52,991 nt of DNA, taken from positions 1 through 52,991 of the forward strand of contig JAHIVA010000021.1 in assembly GCA_018816985.1 (NCBI GenBank), read 5' to 3'. Both the position numbers and the translations under genes were made by a program. Below are positions 16,643 through 22,226 of the stretch, piece after piece (the first letter of the stretch is position 1; each line of letters opens with the position of its first letter). Below the pieces are notes generated by a model. It was not told the DNA's origin. It saw only the letters and a list, made by a program, of their open reading frames with translations, and ran no database searches. Source of the stretch: Patescibacteria group bacterium. GTDB lineage: Bacteria; Patescibacteriota; Minisyncoccia; Phycocordibacterales; UBA9973.

Positions 16643-18028
16643 TTAATATTTTATTTTTCCAAAAAATATTACATAATTTTTATTATTTTTTTCTCCATTT
16701 TCATAATTCACCAATTGTGCTTCTCCGTTAGGTAAAATAATTCCGGCAAAATCTTTTACGCCACTGGAAACAATCGGCAACTTGAGCCAGACTGCTTCTA
16801 TTTTCTTTAAATTACTGGTCAGATATGAAAAATGATATGAACCAAGACCAATCCAGCGATTACTTGTCGGGTTGATAATAAATTGCGCTCCTTTATTCAG
16901 ATATTCTTTTAAGTCGCTCGGATAATGAATTTCTAAGCAAATAGGAGTTGCAAAAAATGCCATATTTTTTTGAAATGTTATCGAGAGAAGATTTCTTTCT
17001 CCTGGAATATCTGCATTTTGTGGATTGAAAATTGCATAATCGCTAATTTCCGGATTTTTCTCTCTAAGCCATTTATATATTGATGGTTGCCAATTACCAA
17101 AAGGCCAATATTCGCCGATAAAGGTAAGACGGTTTTTATTATGCATATTCGTAATATTTCCCTCAGGGTCAAAGAGGATTGAGGAATTATATTTATTTTC
17201 GTTTTGGAAGGTATCGTACGAAGTAAGAACATAGGTATTTAATTCTCTGGCTGTGTTTTGAAATATGAGGTCAGAATTTTGTTGTTGGTCGAAAATATTT
17301 TCGGGGAATATGATTAAATCAACTTTTTGTTTTGAAAGCTCTTTAATAAGTTCATTAGATGAATCTATCGTGAAGGTGTTGTCGGTAGAAACAGAAATAA
17401 TTGTAAATGAATTCGGCAGAGCATTGTAGGCAAGGGAATTTTTATATAAATTAAACCTGGACATACCCCAACTAAAAAAAAGAATAATAAAAATTAAGGC
17501 AACAGAAAGAATATTATTTTTTGAATTTTTTCGTTGCAGAATAGCGGCAGAAATTAATATGTTTATAAAAGCAACAAAAAAAGTAAGGATTAAAAATCCG
17601 CCTATATTAGCCAGCCCGACAAAAGGAGATGAACCGAGCGCATTGCCAGCAGTTATAATATAAGTTGGAATTAGAGCAAAATGTGCCTGCAATAGGTCGA
17701 AAAAAGTCCAAGCAAATGGCAAGAAAATCAACATTGGCAAGGCAGAGGTTGTTTTGTTTGTAAATTTTTTGAATAAAAAAACAGAAAAAGGCAGACCGAG
17801 AAAAATAAGGATGACCTCGGTCCACAATATCGGCTCCAAGGTAAAGTAGACCGTGCCGAAGAGAAAAATTATACGAAATAAAGCAGTACCTAAGACAAGC
17901 CGCCAGAGCTTTTCTTCGCGCAAGAAAAAAAGAAAAAGAGGGATAAGAAAAATAAAAGCTAGGGGGTAAAAATTAAACGGCAAGAAAGCGACAATACCTA
18001 AAACTGCAGCTAGAAGTGGCAAAATCAT
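16643..18028 (-). CDS. lnt: apolipoprotein N-acyltransferase
   Basis: 461 aa. A polytopic N-terminal half is followed by a CN-hydrolase half with IIFPENIF (Glu), KNRLTFIGEYWPFG (Lys) and PICLEIHY (Cys). Confidence 0.8.
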   Translation of the reverse strand: MILPLLAAVLGIVAFLPFNFYPLAFIFLIPLFLFFLREEKLWRLVLGTALFRIIFLFGTVYFTLEPILWTEVILIFLGLPFSVFLFKKFTNKTTSALPMLIFLPFAWTFFDLLQAHFALIPTYIITAGNALGSSPFVGLANIGGFLILTFFVAFINILISAAILQRKNSKNNILSVALIFIILFFSWGMSRFNLYKNSLAYNALPNSFTIISVSTDNTFTIDSSNELIKELSKQKVDLIIFPENIFDQQQNSDLIFQNTARELNTYVLTSYDTFQNENKYNSSILFDPEGNITNMHNKNRLTFIGEYWPFGNWQPSIYKWLREKNPEISDYAIFNPQNADIPGERNLLSITFQKNMAFFATPICLEIHYPSDLKEYLNKGAQFIINPTSNRWIGLGSYHFSYLTSNLKKIEAVWLKLPIVSSGVKDFAGIILPNGEAQLVNYENGEKNNKNYVIFFGKIKY

Positions 18029-18034
18029 AAGTTG

Positions 18035-18043
18035 ATTATAGCA
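18035..18043 (-). promoter_or_regulatory. extended -10 TGCTATAAT, 6 nt before the lnt ATG (leaderless arrangement)
   Basis: The reverse complement reads TGCTATAAT caactt ATG. Confidence 0.45.
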
Positions 18044-18124
18044 AACAGTTTTAGGCTTAACAAATTTATATTTTTATCGTAAATATTATATTTTATTGTA
18101 GATTAAGTAATCAACTCCACCCTA

Positions 18125-18153
18125 TTGACATATTCGATAAAGTAGGATATACT
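18125..18153 (+). promoter_or_regulatory. sigma70-type promoter for island 3: TTGACA-N17-TATACT
   Basis: TTGACAtattcgataaagtaggaTATACT. The leader to the ATG at 18215 is about 55 nt, with AGGAGG 7 nt before the ATG. Confidence 0.55.
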
Positions 18154-18214
18154 AAATATTGAATATTCGTTCACTGAAAAGAAGTATAAACAACATAAGA
18201 AAGGAGGACTTGAG

Positions 18215-18607
18215 ATGAGGAAGAATCTGTTGGTTGTTTTTGCGGTGGCAATGTTTTTTGTGGTGGCGCTGCCGATGGCGGCGATCGCCAAGAACACGAT
18301 TCGCGAGGGCGAGCGCCCGACATTGGTCAACATGACCATCGTTGGCGAGCCGCTTAGTCTCGTGGACGAGACGGAGGACTCTTTGTCTTGGTTTCTCTCG
18401 ATCCGAGGAATCGGATCAAGCCCCTGGATAAAGGACAGGAAAGTCGTCCTGACGATCTCCGGCGATATCGCGGAAGTCGTCATTGGAGATGCACCCGTCG
18501 CGAGGTTCTCGCTGGGCGACATGGACGGTGCCATGGAGCGAGTTGCGGACTATATTGTCGCGACTCTGCGGGCTCGGGGCGAGCTTCGGCTTGTTGGGGT
18601 CAGATAA
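18215..18607 (+). CDS. secreted protein (130 aa), GC-rich island 3
   Basis: MRKNLLVVFAVAMFFVVALPMAAIA signal peptide. 35/60 G+C at 18241..18300. No family recognised. Confidence 0.65.
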   Translation: MRKNLLVVFAVAMFFVVALPMAAIAKNTIREGERPTLVNMTIVGEPLSLVDETEDSLSWFLSIRGIGSSPWIKDRKVVLTISGDIAEVVIGDAPVARFSLGDMDGAMERVADYIVATLRARGELRLVGVR

Positions 18608-18609
18608 AC

Positions 18610-18645
18610 AAAATGCCCAGCTGCCTTCGGGCGGCTGGGCATTTT
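18610..18645 (+). terminator. 16-bp stem with a TTCG loop: AAAATGCCCAGCTGCC-ttcg-GGCGGCTGGGCATTTT
   Basis: Starts 3 nt after the stop. One G-U pair. The T-run forms part of the stem base. Confidence 0.65.
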
Positions 18646-18665
18646 CTCTACGAAAGGAGAAAAAG

Positions 18666-19232
18666 ATGAAAAAAAGTTTTTGCTACTCGTTCTTTTTGTC
18701 GTTCTTTTTGGTTTTTTTTGCGGGGTGCGCTCATATGCTGGCACCCCAGCAGGGACTCGAAAAGGGGGAAAGGTTGTCGCTCGCCATAGCGAGCGTAACC
18801 TTCCATTCGGCGCTTGTCGAAGCGCCGAATGGGAACAGGGTTGAGGTTGATGTGTCCTCTCCCATTCGTAGCGACAAGTACGCGGCGGTCTTCGTCGCGG
18901 CCACAAAAAAAACCCTACTTGAAGGGTTTCGCGTCAGGGGAGTTATCATAGACCCTGATGCGATAACAAGGTTAGAAGTTGTTATCGCCGAGAGCTATCG
19001 CTCTCTCGCGGTCGTGCGGCTGATGGTGGGTCGCATTACGCGAGATGGAGAGACGGTCGAGGCACGAACGTCTCGGTGGACACCTGATCCTGCGCGTAAC
19101 GCCTTTGATATGGATGGGTGGCGCAATCTATCCGCGGCGAAGACCGCCGCGTGGTTTATGGGAGAGGATCTCATAAATGAGATCTTAAATTCCCTTCGTA
19201 AGAAGGGAGAGATGAGGAGGAAGGAGAAATAG
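18666..19232 (+). CDS. lipoprotein (188 aa), GC-rich island 3
   Basis: I start it at MKKSFCYSFFLSFFLVFFAGC (lipobox FAGC), with AAGGAG 6 nt upstream. The listed start at 18483 would read through the preceding terminator. Confidence 0.65.
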   Translation: MKKSFCYSFFLSFFLVFFAGCAHMLAPQQGLEKGERLSLAIASVTFHSALVEAPNGNRVEVDVSSPIRSDKYAAVFVAATKKTLLEGFRVRGVIIDPDAITRLEVVIAESYRSLAVVRLMVGRITRDGETVEARTSRWTPDPARNAFDMDGWRNLSAAKTAAWFMGEDLINEILNSLRKKGEMRRKEK

Positions 19233-19247
19233 CATATGGAAATTTCC

Positions 19248-19284
19248 AAATGCCCAGCCGAGCCTTAGCTCGGCTGGGCATTTT
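19248..19284 (+). terminator. 16-bp stem, 4-nt loop and T-rich tail: AAATGCCCAGCCGAGC-ctta-GCTCGGCTGGGCATTT
   Basis: Read directly. The stem base is identical to that of hairpin 18610..18645 (AAATGCCCAGC / GCTGGGCATTT). Confidence 0.7.
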
Positions 19285-19364
19285 ATTTTTATCTATTTTT
19301 ATTATAAATATTGAGAAAAGTTATCCACAGTTTTTGTTTGAATAATATCTCGCCTGGTTTTTTG

Positions 19365-19373
19365 TGATATAAT
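19365..19373 (+). promoter_or_regulatory. extended -10 TGATATAAT upstream of the surface-protein module, here with a leader of about 40 nt
   Basis: TGATATAAT lies 45 nt before the ATG at 19419. Confidence 0.4.
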
Positions 19374-19418
19374 TTAGATTGTCGAAAACTTAAAATAATT
19401 AAAATAAGTACATAAATA

Positions 19419-19676
19419 ATGGAACAAAATATTTCAAACGATAATTTTAAATTATGGACAAAATGGTTTTGGATTGGCATTGTAATCGCAATTCTTAGTA
19501 TGGTTTCTGGTATTGTGTATGGTATTGCACTTTCTCTAGAGAAAGACTATCGGAAAGAAGGAATTATCATTATTGTTGTTGCCATCGCGTGGTTTTTATT
19601 TGCTATGTTTATTCTTGGTCCATGGCTCAAGAGCGTAGGAGTGTTGCCGAATTATCAGTTGTTACAGATACGCTAA
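19419..19676 (+). CDS. small membrane protein (2 predicted TM helices)
   Basis: 85 aa. Hydrophobic segments: WFWIGIVIAILSMVSGIVYGIAL and GIIIIVVAIAWFLFAMFILGPW. Confidence 0.55.
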   Translation: MEQNISNDNFKLWTKWFWIGIVIAILSMVSGIVYGIALSLEKDYRKEGIIIIVVAIAWFLFAMFILGPWLKSVGVLPNYQLLQIR

Positions 19677-19683
19677 TAATTTT

Positions 19684-21858
19684 ATGAGGAATTTTTTTAA
19701 AAATAAAATAATAATTTTGTTTCTTATTTTTTCTATAATATTTTTTGTACCGACGCAGACTGCACAGGCTGGTGACGCACTTGGAACTGTTCTTTCAGTA
19801 TTGACGACTGTGGTTGCTGTTGCCGCAGTAATTATTCAACCGGAGCTTGCTTTGACGATGGGAGCCTTTCTTATAGCTGATGGAAGCGTCATTGGTTTAA
19901 CGGGTGTTATCACGACCATCGCGCTAACAGGGAGTGTTTCAACAGGGATCATTGCGTGTGTTACCGGTTTAGTTTGTCCAGACGGACAGAATGGTGGAGT
20001 GATATTATTACCGACAACAACAGAACTTGCAACAAGTTGTAATTTTCAGATTCCAGTCACTTTTTATATTCCACGCTTGAACGAACAAGTTGATGAATCT
20101 GATAGACAGGTAGCTATATATCGATTCACGCAGCCAACGAGCGTTACTCAAGCTGTGCTCAATGATTGGTTTATAAATCAAATTCCGGCATCGGTTGGTG
20201 ATGGATGGATGGACGCTTGTACGTATAATTATTATACAGGTGGTGAATATAGTGAGACTCTTTGTTCAACTGAGGGTAGTTACAAAATCTCTTCGGAATC
20301 TACTCGACTAGTTACTTTAAATTATTCTGACTTTTGCTTAGGCAATGTTTGCGAATTTACAGATGCGACTGTACCCGAAAATTCCTATGTAGCTTACGTG
20401 GCAAAAATTTTAGGTAACTATAGTTATAGTGCTCAAACAATAATTGGTGGCATTTCGGAAGGATATATCGCCGATTCTGTTGATACTCGTCCAAACAAAT
20501 TTTTAAACAACGACGATAACCCTTCGTATGCATATTTTCCTCCCTATAACAATACAATTGGTAACGCAATCGTGGGGCCCTACCAAGTAGGAACGCCAGA
20601 CTGCCCTGTGTGTGATAATGGTGCGAATAATTATCCAGATTGTAATACTTGCACTACTCCATTGAAATGGAGTGTATTGTCATCGTCTTGTGTTGATACC
20701 ACCGGAAAGTGTACGAACGATGTATGCAATAACGGTGCAAATAATTGTCCTGATTGTACGACCTGCACTCCACCATACACTATGGTAAACAACGTGTGTG
20801 CGACACCTACGAAAATAGATGGAGTCTGCTCTTCTCCAGCTGTTCATTTTACTTGTGCCTTTGGTACAAGCATTAACAATGCCGGAGGGGCAACAGCCTA
20901 TACATGGTCCTGTGCTGGTGTAAATGGTGGCGCTACCGATTCGTGTTCCGAACCCAAAAGTCAATATTCTTGCACCAATTTACCTTCAAATGCAAACAAT
21001 TTTGCCGCACCGGATAATACCGACCTAACATCCAATACCTCTTACACCTATTCAGCAGTTGGTGATACTCCAACGAAATGCGAATTTAACTGTAATATTG
21101 GTTATATGTGGAATGGAGCTAGTTGTGTCGCAACCACCTGTCCTAATGGTGCCAACAATCCTCCTACTTGTACATTTTCTGCACCATCTACCACCTCCGC
21201 AACTTGTACAGTTTCGCCCACTACTCTCAATTGGGAAAATACAGGCACTACTCGTTATTACTTAGTAACAAAAGTTGATGGTGTGGAAACTCCACACTGG
21301 GTTCTTAATGCAAATTCCTATTCTCTTACCACTTCCCCAGGGAAAACGTATCAATTTTGGGTGCATTCTTGCACTGCTCAAGATGTTTGTACTTGGAATG
21401 AGGTTTCTCCTGTAACAACATTTACTTGTCCTACTTTAAATACACTCACAATCACCAAAGCCGGTACAGGGGGTGGTACAGTTACTAGCAGTCCTGCGGG
21501 GATTAATTGTGGTTCGTCTTGTTCGATTCCATATGCTTCTGGAATTCCTGTTTCTCTAACTGCTACGCCGAATGGTTCGTCTCAATTTACCAGTTGGTCT
21601 GGTGACACTGACTGTAATGATGGGAGTGTAACAATGAATTCTAGTAAAACTTGTATTGCAACCTTTAATCTAACGCCTGCTAATCCTACGCAAGCTGACC
21701 TCACGGTTCAAAACCTCTCTGTTTCTGGTAATTTAACTGCTGGCAATTCTCTTTCTTTTTCTGCTACCATTAGAAATCAGGGAGCCGGTTTATCTGAAAA
21801 CTTCACTAAGCCTTTTGCAAATGTGTTGGCTTTATTAGTTAAAGAATTAAATAAATAA
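19684..21858 (+). CDS. giant Cys-rich secreted/surface protein
   Basis: 724 aa with a signal peptide ending TQTAQA. It contains a hydrophobic G/A/V/T-rich segment, three C-x-NGANN-x-P-x-C motifs and a GVC...H..C...W.C.G.NGG...C module. It also has one copy of the Cys-framed domain shared with 22227..24947, an Ig-like TLTITKAGTGGGTVTSSPAGINCGSSCS... repeat and a cut-off CARDB-like end. Confidence 0.75.
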   Translation: MRNFFKNKIIILFLIFSIIFFVPTQTAQAGDALGTVLSVLTTVVAVAAVIIQPELALTMGAFLIADGSVIGLTGVITTIALTGSVSTGIIACVTGLVCPDGQNGGVILLPTTTELATSCNFQIPVTFYIPRLNEQVDESDRQVAIYRFTQPTSVTQAVLNDWFINQIPASVGDGWMDACTYNYYTGGEYSETLCSTEGSYKISSESTRLVTLNYSDFCLGNVCEFTDATVPENSYVAYVAKILGNYSYSAQTIIGGISEGYIADSVDTRPNKFLNNDDNPSYAYFPPYNNTIGNAIVGPYQVGTPDCPVCDNGANNYPDCNTCTTPLKWSVLSSSCVDTTGKCTNDVCNNGANNCPDCTTCTPPYTMVNNVCATPTKIDGVCSSPAVHFTCAFGTSINNAGGATAYTWSCAGVNGGATDSCSEPKSQYSCTNLPSNANNFAAPDNTDLTSNTSYTYSAVGDTPTKCEFNCNIGYMWNGASCVATTCPNGANNPPTCTFSAPSTTSATCTVSPTTLNWENTGTTRYYLVTKVDGVETPHWVLNANSYSLTTSPGKTYQFWVHSCTAQDVCTWNEVSPVTTFTCPTLNTLTITKAGTGGGTVTSSPAGINCGSSCSIPYASGIPVSLTATPNGSSQFTSWSGDTDCNDGSVTMNSSKTCIATFNLTPANPTQADLTVQNLSVSGNLTAGNSLSFSATIRNQGAGLSENFTKPFANVLALLVKELNK

Positions 21859-21859
21859 T

Positions 21860-22222
21860 ATGGAACAAAAAACAAAATTTTCTATTTTAGCAGTGTTGGT
21901 TATCATTATTATAGTAAGTGGAGCATATTTGTTTAAAGGAGAAGAGTCAGCGAATCAGCCATCTTTTCCTTCAGAAAACAGTCAAGCATTGCAAAAGATT
22001 GATCGTGAGATTAATGGGAAAATTCGTTCAATTAATGAAAAAGCTGTGTATGTTGAACTTGAAGATGGTAATGGTTTTGCTATTGGTATAAGTTCAAGTA
22101 CCTTTGTTGTCACTCAAGGTATTTCCGACCTAGGCACACTCGCTGATTTAAAAGAAGGACAGAGTATTACAGCTAGCGTGGATGTTGCTGATAATGCAAT
22201 TCAGATTTTAATAAAGAAATAA
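21860..22222 (+). CDS. small N-terminally anchored protein
   Basis: 120 aa. One TM segment (FSILAVLVIIIIVSGAYLF). It is separated by 1 nt from the upstream gene and 4 nt from the downstream gene. Confidence 0.55.
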   Translation: MEQKTKFSILAVLVIIIIVSGAYLFKGEESANQPSFPSENSQALQKIDREINGKIRSINEKAVYVELEDGNGFAIGISSSTFVVTQGISDLGTLADLKEGQSITASVDVADNAIQILIKK

Positions 22223-22226
22223 AATT

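Noticed and set aside
18483-18665. Upstream extensions of listed ORFs: 18483 for the island-3 lipoprotein, 33568 for recJ, 1605 for the collagen-like gene, 33687 for HIT and 48583 for the PaaX-like gene.
   Set aside because: The extensions read through terminator hairpins or neighbouring genes and lack initiation signals. Internal ATGs give canonical N-termini: a lipobox signal, the RecJ start, an SD-preceded MKK and the HIT MKNCIFCKI.
16580-19284. The island hairpins as integron attC sites (gene cassettes).
   Set aside because: The hairpins are 36-37 nt long, shorter than attC sites. I could not find RYYYAAC / GTTRRRY core sites at their borders. No integrase is present, and each island carries its own promoter, unlike cassettes.
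620-19285. The GC-rich islands as simple assembly chimeras or contamination.
   Set aside because: This is not adopted as the main reading, but it cannot be excluded without reads. There are three separate short inserts of 0.7-1.3 kb. Each lies exactly in an intergenic position and is flanked on both sides by host-like sequence with AT-rich promoter regions. Islands 1 and 2 even use the host-style TGn extended -10.
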